NCBI GenBank assembly: GCA_965112735.1
Contig: OZ218951.1
Span: forward strand, 186,001 to 250,000
Origin: Phaeosaccion multiseriatum
Taxonomy: Eukaryota; Protista; Ochrophyta, other classes
Direction of reading: 5' to 3'
Length of the DNA stretch: 64,000 nucleotides
Shown here: in pieces, positions 1 through 12,704 of the stretch
Position numbering within the stretch: position 1 is the first letter of the stretch
Layout: the number at the start of each line of letters is the position of its first letter
The notes under the pieces: generated by a model
Told to the model about the DNA's origin: nothing
What the model saw: only the letters and a program-made list of their open reading frames with translations
Database searches by the model: none
Translations under genes and position numbers: made by a program

Positions 1-1196
1 CAGCAGCAGTGGGTACAGCGGCTGAGCGGCTGATCAAAAGCCCCTCCAACCCACACAACCCACACAGCACATCCAGCTGCTCTACTCGATCTAACTGATC
101 TAAGCGCTTCCTCTGCCCAGGCCCTTTCCAAGCGATAGACGGGAGGGGAGGGGTTGATTGTGGATTGTTATAGGATGCACTCCCCTCCCTCACCTTTCTG
201 ACGAGCGTTCTGAGGATGGTGGCCCTCTCTATTTCGCGCTGGATGTCCCTCAGCACAGTGGCCGAGTCGCCTGCATCAGTCAAAAGGTGTCAGGACGAGG
301 TGGGGGGTTGCCAACAGGTGTCAGGACGGGAACACGAGAAGAGCGAAGAACAACACGTGAGGGCCTCGAGATGACTCAGGGGAGGGGGATAGAGCTCTTG
401 TGGCCAAAAGGAAGGGAGAGCGGCAGAGCAACACAAAGAGGGAGGGAACAGCGGCGAGAAGGCGCGGCGGTGACATCACACACCGAAGTGCGGGGGACAG
501 AAGGTCAAGGGTTAGAGCTATGGTTTGTCGAGGGTAAGAGTACTGACCTGTGAGGGGAAGAAGGTCCAGTAGCACCGACTCAGTAAGGATGGGAGTGCCG
601 AGGCGCGTGCGGTCCAGCACAGCAGCCAGGGCAGGAGAGGCACCCCACAACCCGGAGGGGAGGGGCCGAGGGCTGGCGGGCCACGGCATGAAGGGCACCA
701 CGGACGCAACGAAGGCCCCGGACACCGACTGCTGGAGCATGGATCGCCGGTTCACGCCTCGCCCCCATGCTGAGGCCTCTCCTACCTGAGCCCTTGGTGC
801 TGCTGCCTGCTCCTCGTTTTCCTCCTCCTCCTCCTCCTCCTCCCCCTTCCCCCCCCTACGCTGTGCTGCGAGTCTGTTGTATCGCTGCTGTTGTGGTTGG
901 AACTGCCAAGGCCTGCCTCGCGTGTCGCCCCCACCGACTCCGCTGGTGATGAGCCTCCTCCTCCTCCTACACCTCCCATTGGTATTGCCTTTGCCCGTAC
1001 ACAGCGGCGCCACGGGCGCAAAGGCCGACACCCTCGTGGCCGTGCCCGCCGAGGACTCCCCCCCCTCCTGCACGCACAGCAGCGCTAGCACTGACACACC
1101 AAGACCCGCCACCACGCCCGCCCACCGAGGCCTCTGCCTCTGTCTTCGACGACTCGCCCCAGCGCCTCCCTCGGCCGCCTCTGCTCGCCGCCCCAT
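1..1196 (-). CDS. Thylakoid-lumen protein, CYP38/CYP37 cyclophilin-like N-terminus (partial; 3' end probably runs off the window)
   Basis: Exon 1 (~1196-549) has a hydrophobic signal plus SAFAP, then twin-Arg RRSMLQ...PALA and mature AVLDRTRLGTPILTESVLLDLLPLT. Exon 2 (~270-194) encodes DSATVLRDIQREIERATILRTLVRK. This resembles the CYP38-family helical N-terminus; the cyclophilin domain itself is not seen. Confidence 0.5.
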
Positions 1197-1757
1197 GTGA
1201 CTTGGTGTTACCTCTATCATGGCAGGGCTTCCTGTTGCGAAGCACTGTACGGGCATGCTCCCTGAGCTGCTCCTGCCCCTGTGGCGGCCCGTCGTGCCAA
1301 GGTAGTAAGCGGGTTGGGGGTGTCAGCTCTCTGCTCACGGTGGCACAGGCGCAGCACAGCAAGTCGGTCAAGGGAGTAAGAGAACATCGGCAGCACCCGC
1401 AGCAGAAGCAGCACAAGCATTGTCGGTCGATACGTGAGAACCTGTCCTATTGCACACGAGAACGCATCCCGGGCGGGGGTAGGATAAAACCTGAATGCAA
1501 GAGCTATAGGGAGCTTTGGCAAGTGCCCTGCTCTGGCAACAGCCCTTTCTTCCATTTCTTACAGCTCAGTCTTCTATTACTTACCTTCGTTGTGTCTCTT
1601 ACACACCCACTTTTCTTGATTCGTGCAAGATACCATCGTTGACTTAGGATTTTCGAGGCGGGCACCATATCCGGGCACCCCCACCCACCTCCACGGTCAA
1701 TAAATACACTCTCTATCCTACCCACCCACCCGTGCCTCTCTCTTCTACACCCCCGCT

Positions 1758-4700
1758 ATGACTCACGTGCTTCGCAGCTGTGCCAAGCATGCGAGGAGCG
1801 CCCCGTGTATGTCGCATCTAGGCGGCAGTCGCAGCAGTAGGAGCCGGGAGAGAAAGAGTAGCAGCAGCGGCTCAGTGCTCGTCCCCGCCCACGTCGCCAG
1901 CAGAAGGCCCAGGCCACCGGAGATTGGCGGTGCGGTATGCCTCCCGTTGCAGGAGGAGGATTGTCCTCTTCGTCACGCAGCGCCGGGCTGTATCCAGGGG
2001 CTGCACAGACCGACAAGGTTGCCGGGAGTGTTAACTCTGGGGCGGGGAATGGGTCCTGGAGTAGCCTTAGCAGCCGCCTCCGTGCCAAGGTACTCGGGAG
2101 AGGCGCAGGAGCTTCCCCAGTGCAGCCGGCAGCTTCGGCACCTGAGCTCGCGAGGGGGAAGGGGCAGAGGAAGAGGGAGGGGTGGGCGAGGTGGCATTCG
2201 GCCTAGAACGCCCAGGGTTCCTACGGAGGGAGGGGGAGACAAGGAGGAGGAAGCGGAGAAGAAGAGCAAAAAGCCGAAGTATTTGCTCAACGCGGATATC
2301 AAGGACAAGGAAATACGCCTCGTCACAGGTCAATGGCTGTGTCAGTTTGTGTGTGTGTGTGCGTGTTTGTTTATATGTTGCGTCACTGGTTGCCAGATTG
2401 GAGTGTCTGTTGATGCTCAAGTTGCCCCCCCCCTGTGTGCCCCCACCCATCTGCCTCCGTCTGTCTCCATCTGTGGTGCTGACAGTGGCTGCGGATGGGA
2501 CATCAACTTCGGAGGTGGTGACCCGCCAACTCGCGCTGTCCATGGCTCTCGACGCGGGTCTGGACCTCGTCCTGAGTAAGTGATACAAGAAGGGATATGG
2601 TCCTGAGTAAGGGATACAAGAAGGGGCATGGTCCTGAGTAAGGGATACAAGAAGGGGGGTGGTCCTGAGTAAGTGATACAAGAAGGGGGGTGGTCCTGAG
2701 TAAGTGATACAAGAAGGGGGGTGGTCCTGAGTAAGTGATACTATCCTGAGTAAGTGATACAAGAAGGGGGGTGGTCCTGAGGAAGTGATACAAGAAGATG
2801 AATGGTCGGGGAAGGTTCTGGGAGAGCAGTGGCAAGCATGGTGAAACTTTCCTCTCCTCCCCGAGCCGATCCTCCCACCCTCGCTGGCGCACGCCTATGA
2901 TGGCCTGCTGCCCACCTTAGGCCCTACCCCTCCCCTCCCGCCCCAGTAAATGCCAAGGCCCAGCCCGTGGTGTGCCGCATCATGGACTACCGCAAGGAGC
3001 AGCACCGTCAGAGGGCAGCCGCCAAGAAGGCCTCCATCTCGGCCACTGGCGGTAATCGGAAGGCGTCGCAGCAGAAGGAGATCCGCTTCAAGGTCAGGAA
3101 GGAAGGAAGGAAGGAGGGAGGGAGGGAGGGAGGGAGGGAGGCAAGCAAGCACGGAAGGAACAAATGAAAGGGGGCAAGCCAGGCAGGCAGTCAGTCAGTC
3201 AGTCCGTCAGTCAGTCCGTCCGTCCGTCCATCAGTCAGTCAGGCGACCCAACAGCCAGACCATTTGGGGGAGTACGGGGGGTGTGCGGATGGCATGGTGC
3301 GGGGCCATCCGACCTCTGGACATTGCACCATACCCAACGCAAAACCTAACCGAGACTCTTCCACCGTGTTCCCCTGCCCTGCCCGTACGCCGCCAACTGG
3401 CTCGACCGACCGACCGACCGACCGACCGACCGACCAACAGGGTCTCATCACCGACCATGACCTGGGTGTGAAGCTGTCCCTGGTCCGCACCATCCTCTCG
3501 CAGGGAGACACGGTCAAGCTCACGCTCAGTGCCTTCCCCAGGCTGCTGCAGAGACAGCCCGACTGCCTCGCCACCTTGGAGGTACAGAGGGATGGGGGTC
3601 GCAGGGACCCAACTTGGTGGGACCCAACTTGGTGAAGGAGGTGATTGAGCAATTGCTGACCAATCGCTGACCAGTTGCTCTTCGCTTCTTTCTCTCTCTC
3701 TCTCCCTCCCGCTTTCTCTCTCTCCTTCTACCCCTCCCTCTCTCTCCCTCTCTGGTTTAGGCCCGCATCCTAGCTGCGCTGAACACCGAGGACGTGGCGG
3801 AGGAGGAAAGGGTGGCAGTGGATATCGGAACCAACGCAAAGCCCACCATACGTAGGGAGATGTTCGTCAGCCTCAAGATCCCGCTGGTCAAGGTGAGAGG
3901 AGTAAGGGGTGTCAGGCTCAAGCTTGCTCATGAAGAAAGGGGTGTCAGGCCCATATGCTTGCTCATGCTTTGTGCCAAGGGCGGGTTCCAAACCGGTTTT
4001 GCTCGGGCGGTGCGGTGGTGCGGTGGTCGGTTACGGCAGAGGAGCTGTAACTCTTGGCGACTCTAACGCCCCTGATCCTCGCTGCGTGCGTGCTCCCGCC
4101 CCGTGCTTGCGTGGCGACATGCCCATATGCCCAAGCCCCTCGCTCCCCCCTTCCCTCCATCTGAGGGCTTTGGTTCCCTCCATCTGAGTGCTTTGATTCC
4201 CTCCATCTGAGTGCGTTGGTTCCCTCCCTCCGATCTTCTTTGCTTGCTGTCTGCTTTGCGCTGCAGACGGTGCAGAGGGAGGCTAAGACGAAGAAGGGCG
4301 TGACTTTCGTCAAGAGGGAGAGAGAGGCCGCCCGGCTACAGAGAACAGAGAAGGCCATGAGGGACAAGCAAAGGCAGAGGGAGGAGATGCAGAGGAGGCT
4401 GGAGGTAGGTGACTGACTGACTGACTGACTGACAGACAGACTGACTGACTGACAGACAGACAGACTAACTGACTGACTGACCAGCAGAGTTGGAGGGAGG
4501 CACCGATCGGGCATGCGCATGTTGGAAGTACGGGGCTTGGCAGATATTCAATCGGTCTGACTTTCGACTCTCGGGGCTTTGGACTCATTCTTGTCTCACT
4601 TGCTCTCTTCCTGGCCGGAGGCTTAACACTTGATTTTTGTCTGCACGTCACTGCTGTATCGTATCACCAACTCGCATCGATGTTGTGGGCCAAAGGTGGA

Positions 4701-5064
4701 GTACGGGGAGGTTGACGAGGAGCACAGCCAAGAGGCAAGACACAGCAGCTCCTTCGCAGCTGCACGAGGGGGCTGGGGTGAGGGCGGCGAGAAGGAGGAG
4801 GAGGGGGAGGAGCCGGAGGAGGAGGAGGAGGAGCAGGAGGAGCAGGAGGAGGAGGAGGAGGAGGAGGAGGAGGACGAAGAGAAGGACCTCTTAGCACCTC
4901 CGATGCCGCCGAACGGGGTGCCGCCGTTCGGGGCGCCCCGCTTTGGGGTAGGGGTCGGGGCTGGCCCGGGAGGGGTGGGGAACACCACCAACACCACCAA
5001 CTTGGAGTCGAGGCTGCGCGACCTCCTCAAGCGCAAGTCCAGGAGCCGTAGCCAAGACAGATGA
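1758..5064 (+). CDS. infC: Organellar (probably mitochondrial) translation initiation factor IF-3 with acidic C-terminal extension, 7 exons
   Basis: Exons ~1758-2328, 2486-2575, 2947-3092, 3441-3581, 3761-3892, 4267-4404, 4696-5064. They give YLLNADIKDKEIRLV...ALSMALDAGLDLVLINAKAQPVVCRIMDYRK (IF3_N) and KEIRFKGLITDHDLGVKL...LSQGDTVKLTL (IF3_C). The N-terminal presequence is Arg/Ser-rich. Confidence 0.88.
2569..2797 (+). repeat. 31-bp minisatellite (~7 copies) starting at an exon end/splice donor
   Basis: Unit GTCCTGAGTAAGTGATACAAGAAGGGGGGTG; the first copy spans the IF-3 exon 2 donor at 2576. Confidence 0.9.
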
Positions 5065-5185
5065 GGAGGGAGGGGTCTTATTGACTTACAAGTTCCATTC
5101 TTGTCCGACGGTTAAAAGCTCCTCTACCGTTACATCTCTGATCTCTAGTCTTTGATGTATGTACTTTGTATCTAAGCAAAACAGC

Positions 5186-8100
5186 ATGGAGTTGTCTCGG
5201 CTCCACTCATCGCTGCTGGCCCTGGCCCTGCTCATGCTCGCTCAGCTCCTTGTAGGCACAAGGGTGCAAGCCCTCGGTTTTACTGAGCACGTGGTGGTGA
5301 GTTGATGGGGCGCTCCAAATGTGACAGACCATACGCACACCTCTCTCTTCAAGAGTTAGGCGCCAACGCCCCCTACATAGGGATCTCTGTAAGCCTCAAC
5401 TGTACAGTCTATCCTTCTGTTACTGCCGCTGCTTTTCTTCACAGGACGAGGAGCAAGATGGGATCATGAGCGTACACGCAGGGGACATGTGAGTGGACAG
5501 CAAGACAGAGAGGAGGGGCATTGAGCCAAAGGATCCAAGAGAGGGACAAGGGTGGTCTGAGTTAGGGACAGAGGCAGACGCGAACTTGAAGAGAGAGAAG
5601 AGAGAGGAGCACAGACAGAGGGGAGAGAGAGAGACCAGAGAAGGAGGCAGGGGATAAATTGTAGTTTATCCAGGGACATCCCACCCACCCCTAAACACGC
5701 TCACACTGTCTGCGCTGCCCCCCCCCCCGCCCTGTCCTTTACCCCTTCTGCCCCGATGAATTGGATGCTATGGCTCAATGCGAGTAGCGACGACGACGGC
5801 GACATTGACTTTGTCAGCTGCAACGCACAGGATGGAAGAGGTGGGCAGCGCAGACAGAGAGGGGGGGGAGTGGGGGCTGGACGGGCAGAGAGGTAGAGCA
5901 GCGAACGCACTGACAAAAGGGCCACTCTGTCAGGGAAGCAAGTAGCTCGAACAGAAGAGCGCGCTCCTTCCCTGCTCCTGCCCCCCGCTGCGTGTCCGAC
6001 TACTCTGCGTGCCCTGTCCTGTACTGACTGCCTCCCCGCCCCCCCCTCTTTGCAGTCCATTGGTGGGAGAACGACGGCATGCAGGCCTTCACCAAGCACC
6101 TGGTCGAGTTCAACGCCAACGGAGGGGCCACCAGCGTCATTGCCGTGGGTGAGTGAGTGAGGGAGTGAGTTAGTGAGTGAGTGAGTGAGTGAGCGAGGTG
6201 AGAGAGAGAAATGACTACACTCTATCAGGCAGAGGGGGAGAGGGGGCACCGACTACTGGTAGGGGGGGGGGGATGGGCGGCACAGAGGCGCTGACTCGTG
6301 GAAACGGCGTTGGTTGCTCGGGAGTGCTCGTGCAGCGCTGATACCTCCCTTTTGACACCCTGTCTGTCTTCCTCCCAAGAGCCGGAAAGCCCCCTCTCAA
6401 CGCCGCTGACTTGACTCCCTCCACCCTCCTTCCGCTCACTTACACCTACCCCGCCGTCCACTCCTCGCTCGCCCCCCTCCGCTCAGACGTGAACGAGGAC
6501 GGCCACTTGGACCTGCTGACGTGCAACGAGGAGGACGACTACGTGCGGCTCTTCGTCAACGACGGCTCGCAGCAGTACTCCGCCAGGGATGTTGCCCTTG
6601 ACGCTGACTCGTGCCAGGCCGTCTTTGGTGAGCACCGCGGGGGGGGGGGGCAGGGAGGAAGAGAGACATACGAAGAGAGGGAAAGAAGCGAGCAACAACT
6701 ACAGGGAGAGCCAAAGGGAGGAAGACAGGGAGAGCCGGGGTAGCGCACCTACTTTCCTCCCCCGCCTTACTCGCATGGCCTTTCCTGCGCTCCCCCCCCC
6801 CTCGCCTCCCTCTCTTACCGCCATTCTCCTCTCGCCTCTCTCCTCTCTCCTCTCCCTCTCCTCCCTTTCCTCCCTCTCCTCCCTTTCTGACGTGTATGTA
6901 TTTGTGCCTTGTGCGTGGTGCCATCAGCGATTGACCTCGACGGAGACGGTGACGTGGACATCTTGAGTGCGAGTCGATCCGACGACAGCGTGAGGTACGC
7001 AGTAGGCAGGCATGACTCCAAACCGCCCCTTCCTTGATCCATTTGGTTCCCATACGTACTTGTTCTGCTGCCCCTGCGACCCGCGCCCGGCGCTGAGCTG
7101 ACACTCAAACTCGCACCATCCCCTCCTGCTCTCATGCCCTCGTGCCCGTATGCCTATTCTATGCCCTCAGGTGGTACGAGAACAGCGGCTCGGAGAGCTT
7201 CACGACGCACGTCATCTCCTCCTCAGTGGACGGGGCCTTCTCCGTGTTCGCCGTGGACATGGATGACGACGGGGTGGGTGGGAAATGGAGAGGGGAATGT
7301 TGAGGACCTCGTTGTTGGGAATGGACAGGGGAATGGAGTGGTAGGGGGCCTCGTTGTTAGGAGTGTAGAGATCCAGGATGCTGTCGACTCTCCCGACACT
7401 GCCACTTCCGCACGCAACTCCCCGCTGGCCCTCTCATCAGAGCCCCTCCCATGCCCCCCTGCTGTGGCCCTCCATCCCGTATGCCTCCACCCATCCATCC
7501 CGTATGCCTCCACCCATCCATCCCGCATGCCTCCACCCATCCATCCCGCATGCCTCCACCCATCCATCCCGTATGCCTCCACCCGCAGGACGTGGACGTG
7601 ATCGCCGCTGCCCGCTTCGCCAACAGCGTACATCTCTTCGTCAACGACGGAGACGCCAACTTCCCCAACACCACTCAGGTCAGTGTCCAGTGCCAGTGCT
7701 TAGTGCTCAGTGCCCAGATGGCCGTAGAGGGAAGTGCCCCTTACTCCTTGCACCACACGCACGTGCATATTTGTGGGGTATCTGCTTCGGTATGGGTATC
7801 GGCAAGGGGCCCACAAGGGCACAGTTGTGTCGGTATTGGTGTTGGTGTTGACGCGCTCCTCCCTTTGGCAGAGCACAAGCAGGGTGTCGAGGTCGCAGAG
7901 GTTATTGATTGACTTAATAGGAATCACGCAGAGGTAGCTCACATGTCCCCCGCCCCCTCCCATATGCCTCCTCCTGCCCCTCCCTGCTGCTGTGTCAGGT
8001 GGTGGTGAGTGACGACGCTGATGGCGTCATCTCCGTCTACGCCACAGGTACGTAGTCTTACGTGATCCCTTGCCGCAAGCAAGCCTTGCGCAAGCAGAAC

Positions 8101-8654
8101 GAGCGACTCGGGGCTCAGGCTCAGGCTCTCGCCCCTCCCACTGCGTGCATGACTTTTGAACTTAAGAGCGGTAGAGTCGACTGACTGACTTGCGATTGCC
8201 GCCCCCGATGTGATCATGCTCGCTGACTGACCTCATCGCTGATGCATGCTTCCTGACTACAGACGTTGATGGCGATGGAGACATGGACGTGCTCAGCGCA
8301 AGTCAAAGTGAGTAGTGCAGACAGTAGCCCAGCCTCAAGCAGCCAGCCTCAAGCAGCAGTGGAGCATGCAGCACACTTACAAGTGGCAGACTCCCTCCTC
8401 ACCTCCGAGAGAGAGAGAGAGAGAGAACAGCTGTGGCCATAGCAGCCAATGCCATGCCTTTTGCCGGACCTTTGTGCGCTGTAAGGGGGGTAGGCTCGGC
8501 TTGGCTTGGCTCCGCTTTGCTTGGCGAAGTGCTGACGAGATATCCTCCACCATGCATACTCGCTCCCCGCTCCTCTCCGTACCCGCTAAGACACAGCCGA
8601 GAGCTCCATCCACTCGCTTATAGGACGAAGAGTACTCACCTCGTATGTGTGTGC

Positions 8655-8691
<37 letters not shown>

Positions 8692-9821
8692 CCCCAGACG
8701 ACGGGCAGGTGCGGTGGTACGAGCAAACGGCGCTACTCACCTTCGTGGCCCATAACCTCACCAGCACCGCAGAGGGGGCCTGCTCCGTGCATGCCATCGG
8801 TGAGTCAAGGCAGAGCACCAACACCACCAACACGCATGCATGTCCTATCCATGTCCATGCTGTAACGTCTGTCGCTCTGCACGGGGTTGGGGACTGTGGG
8901 CAGGGCAGTCGCTTCTCTTGACTTGTGTGCTCCATGCAACGCTCCAGCTTGTGCCCTCATCTTCGACCTCGCCCCCCCCCCTCCTCCCTCCTCTGCCCTG
9001 GCCGCAGATCTGGATGGAGACGGTGACGTGGACATCGTGTCAGCCTCGGAGGATGACGACACACTCAGGGCCTTCATCAACGACGGGGAGCAGAACTTCA
9101 ACGAGACCTTCGTCAGCAGGGGCGTGAATGGTGAGGCACGGACCAGGGTAGGATGGCAGTGGATGGCAATCGCTGGGCAGGCAGAATGGCAGCAGATGGC
9201 ACCATTGGTTTGCTTCAACAAGACGGACTGAATTGAATGTCTTCCTGACATGACCCTATCCCGTGTGTGTGTGCGACAGGTGCCCAGAGCGTGCTGGCCA
9301 TCGACGTGAATAACGATACGCGGGTGGACCTCGTCGTCGCAGCTTTCTTCGCAGACAGGTGCGCGCGTGCGTGCGTACATGCGTGTGTGTGCGGGTGGGT
9401 AGGTGGGTGCGTGGGTGCGTGTGTGGGTCGGTGGAAGGGTGTGTGTGTGGGTCCGTGGGTGGGTGCATGTGCGTGTGTGGCCCGTGCACACATATTGCTA
9501 CTGGAGCAGGAAGAGTCTAGTCTCAGTCCACTCCCAGTCCTAAGACTGACTCTCCTGCCCATTTCCTCTGCTCCTCTCTCTCTCTCTCTCTCTCTCTCCT
9601 CCCTCTCTTTCCCCCGTCGTTGATGCTCTGACGGCCCATTACTCTCTCGCAGCATTTCCTGGTTCGAGCAGGAAGAGAGCACCACAAACTCAGCAACGGG
9701 CCCGCCCCTCCTTCCGTGGGTGCCCTTAGCGCTGACCAGCCTGCTCTCGTGCCTTCTTGGAGTTGCCTCGGTGGCAGGGCTCGGAGCAGCTGGCAATGCC
9801 CGTGTCAGCTCTTTGTGGTGA
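5186..9821 (+). CDS. Secreted/membrane-anchored FG-GAP (VCBS/integrin-alpha-like) repeat beta-propeller protein, many small exons
   Basis: Signal peptide MELSRLHSSLLALALLMLAQLLVGTRVQA. Repeated DxD/NxDGxxD motifs: DIDDDGDIDF, DVNEDGHLDLL, DLDGDGDVDIL, DVDGDGDMDVL, DVNNDTRVDLV. Hydrophobic C-terminus LLPWVPLALTSLLSCLLGVASVAGL; TGA at 9819-9821. Confidence 0.85.
7472..7585 (+). repeat. 23-bp intronic tandem repeat (~5 copies) abutting a splice acceptor
   Basis: Unit CATCCCGYATGCCTCCACCCATC, ending in ...CACCCGCAG. Confidence 0.85.
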
Positions 9822-10531
9822 GCGGCGACCGCTGGTGAGCGGCGACCGCTGCTGAGCGGCGGAGGAAGAGCCCCCCTCCCTCCCTCCCTCGGGCTACGCT
9901 ACGGCGTATCCACCGCATAGAGCGAGGGGCGAATTCTTTGCCCTAGCGTATAGGCGTCCTTCATGTAGGGGGGCGTGGATGTACACACTCGTGATCCTGC
10001 TGCACACGCACGCACGCACGCACGCACGCACTCACTCACACTAGAACAGTCCGGAGCTATGCCACAACGCCCAAGAAATCACTGACTTCCCTCGTGCGAA
10101 CGCACACCCCCAGGGGGGGGGGATGGTACCCTACGCCCCTCCGACATCCGACACTCGGAGGCGGCCTCACCAGAGAGAGCATCAAAGGGAGGGAGGGGCG
10201 CAGTTAGCAGGCATGCTGTGGAGCTGTGGAGCTGCGGTGTAGCGAGGGCAGGAGGAGGCCACGGGGCCTGCCGCTGTCAGTGCGCCGACCTACTCCGTGA
10301 GTACGCCACACCCTCCCTCCTGTGAGCGCCGCTAGCCCGTGACTTTGTCCATCTCGGCCGTGACCTTGGCTGTGCTGACCTTGGCTGTGCGTACCGGCCG
10401 AGAGATGAAGCCATGAGATGGAGCCATGGGATGGAGCCATGGGATGGAGCCAGGGCATGCGTGAGCGGACTCTGTGAAGTGAGCAGCAGCGTGAGGGGGG
10501 CGTCTCTACCAAGGCACTCAACACCCCCTGC

Positions 10532-10620
10532 CAAAGCCGTGTGAAAGGCCGTGTGAAAGGCCGTGTGAAAGGCCGTGTGAAAGGCCGTGTGAAAGGCCGT
10601 GTGAAAGGCCGTGTGAAAGG
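10532..10620 (+). repeat. 12-bp tandem repeat (GCCGTGTGAAAG)x~7, intergenic
   Basis: Seen directly in the sequence. Confidence 0.9.
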
Positions 10621-11010
10621 GAGGCACGGCGCAGAGCGAGCGGCGACACACTCTTGAGCGAAATACATGGCAAACCCACGCCAGTTACACAGTTACATAA
10701 GAGTAGAGGAGATGCGAGTTTCCGAGCATCTCAGTCGTGACGACGGCGAGAGGGTGGACAGTGCCGATGAACACGGGGCCCTCTAACAGATGTCTAGAGC
10801 GTAAATAACCCTTGTGTGTGTGTCTCTCTCTCTTTCTCTCTTCCCTCCTGCGGTCTGCAGCAGGACAGCGCCCAACTCCCAAAGGGAAGGTGAAGCGCCC
10901 AAGCTGTTGCTGCTCAGCCTGTTGCTGCTCAGCCTGTGGCTGCTCAGGATGCCACCACCCGCCCTTCACGCTTGACCCTCCCCCCTTCACCCCGCCGCTG
11001 GCTTGAAGAA

Positions 11011-11183
11011 TCACCCCCCCGCTGGCTTGAAGAATTTGACGCCGTCCTCCTCCGAGGAGTCTCCCCTAAAGAGCTCCGCCTTTCCCTCCCTCTCCAGCAC
11101 GGCGATGGCCTTGCGAAACGCCGCCTCCTCCAGCCCGTAAAACTCCTATTGTTGTTGCAAAGTAGTGCAAGCGCAGCGAAGCA

Positions 11184-11221
<38 letters not shown>

Positions 11222-12704
11222 AGAGAGGGACGCGACAAGCGAACAGCATGGAGCATCAGCATGGGGCATCCAGAGTCATCAATCAGTGTCTAGCACCAGC
11301 CCTCCATGTCGGACCCAGTGACCCTCCAGCAACAGCACCCCAGCAAGTGAACCCCCCTTCCGATCATCACCTCGCCGTCCTGTGACTGCTCCCAACTCCG
11401 TCCCTCCCTCACCTGTCCCTGCACCTCATCCCCCTCTCGCAGCTCGTACAATGTGAACACCTCCCCGATGCGGTCCTCGGCCTTGACCCAAGCGAAGATG
11501 CAAGCCGCCACCTCCGCTGGGCTCTTGAAGAACAGCGTCAGTCTGACCCGGGGGTGGGAGGGTGGGGGGGGTGTCCGCAGGGGAGAGGATGAGGGTTGAG
11601 GATAGCAGATGTGAGCTTTGAATGACGACCATGTGCAAGTAGGAGGCGGGCTGCTGGCTGGCTGAGCAGGAAATATGAGCAGGAAGATATGGAGGAAACG
11701 AACGAAGAAATGGAGCAGGAAACGAAGGAAGAAATGGAGGCGGGCTGTCTGGCTTCCTTCCTTTATTCCTCCATTTTTCCCTTCGTTTCCTCCATTTCTT
11801 CCTTCCTTCCTTCCTTCCTTCCTTCCAGACTGAGTCGAACCTGGTCTGGGCGGTGTCGGTCCACTCCGCTCTCCCCTCCTTCACAAGCTGATCTACCACC
11901 TGGGCGAGGAGCACGCACGGGGGGGAAAGGGGACGGTATATCGTGCGTCAGAAGGGGAGTTGCGGGGGTTGGTTGGGTATGAGGAGGGGGGCGGGGTGCT
12001 CGACTTCGGCATGCATGCATGCGGTCACGGCCCGAGCATGGCCATCAGCCACACAAGCCACCATAGCAATGGTAGTTACGTTAGTCGTCATCAATCGCGG
12101 GTGTTGCGGGCCAAGCGTACGTGTGCCTGCGGCCGTGCCTGCTCACCTGCTTTGCAGCGGCCCCGTCCAACCTCCGCCGGATGGAGGGGTTCTCCCACAG
12201 CGACCACTCCTTCCACGCGAAGTGCTGCTGCTTGCGGCTGCTGTGGTACTCCAGCACGAGGTCCATCCACAGCTTCAGCTGCTTCTCTCTGGCGGAGCAG
12301 AGGCAGTGAGCGGGAGCGGGAAACGTGGACAGGGGGAGGGGAGGGGACCAGGGAGGGAGAGGGGAGAGAGGGTCACCGAGGCGGCGCAGAGTGGGAGGAG
12401 CGAGGGGTGGAGAGAGGGGAGAAAGGAAGAGGCGGCGTCACATTCACGAAGTCATCGTCTTCACCTTCCCCCTTTCTATATTCCCCATGTCGTCCGTTCT
12501 CCTTGAGCTCACTCCGCCCCCTTGACCCTCCATGTCTTGGCGAGTGCATATGTCTACGCACCACTCCTCAATCACTCCTCACCTCGTTGCCAGGACGGGC
12601 TGCAGCGTGAAGAAGGGCGGGAAATGGTAGAACTCAGGCAGGGCGGACGAGTCCTCGCTGTCACTGCTTCCGACGCTTGTGATGCTTGCGCTGAGCTCCG
12701 CCAT
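11011..12704 (-). CDS. VPS25: ESCRT-II subunit VPS25, 5 exons
   Basis: LPEFYHFPPFFTLQPVLATR / EKQLKLWMDLVLEY...WENPSIRRRL / VVDQLVKEGRAEW / FKSPAEVAACIFAW...VFTLYELREGD / EFYGLEEAAFRKAIAVLEREGKAELF...DGVKFF; canonical GT-AG junctions. Confidence 0.95.

Noticed and set aside
2569-2797. CRISPR-like 31-bp repeat array
   Set aside because: Units are contiguous with no unique spacers, there are no cas genes, and the array is in a eukaryotic intron.
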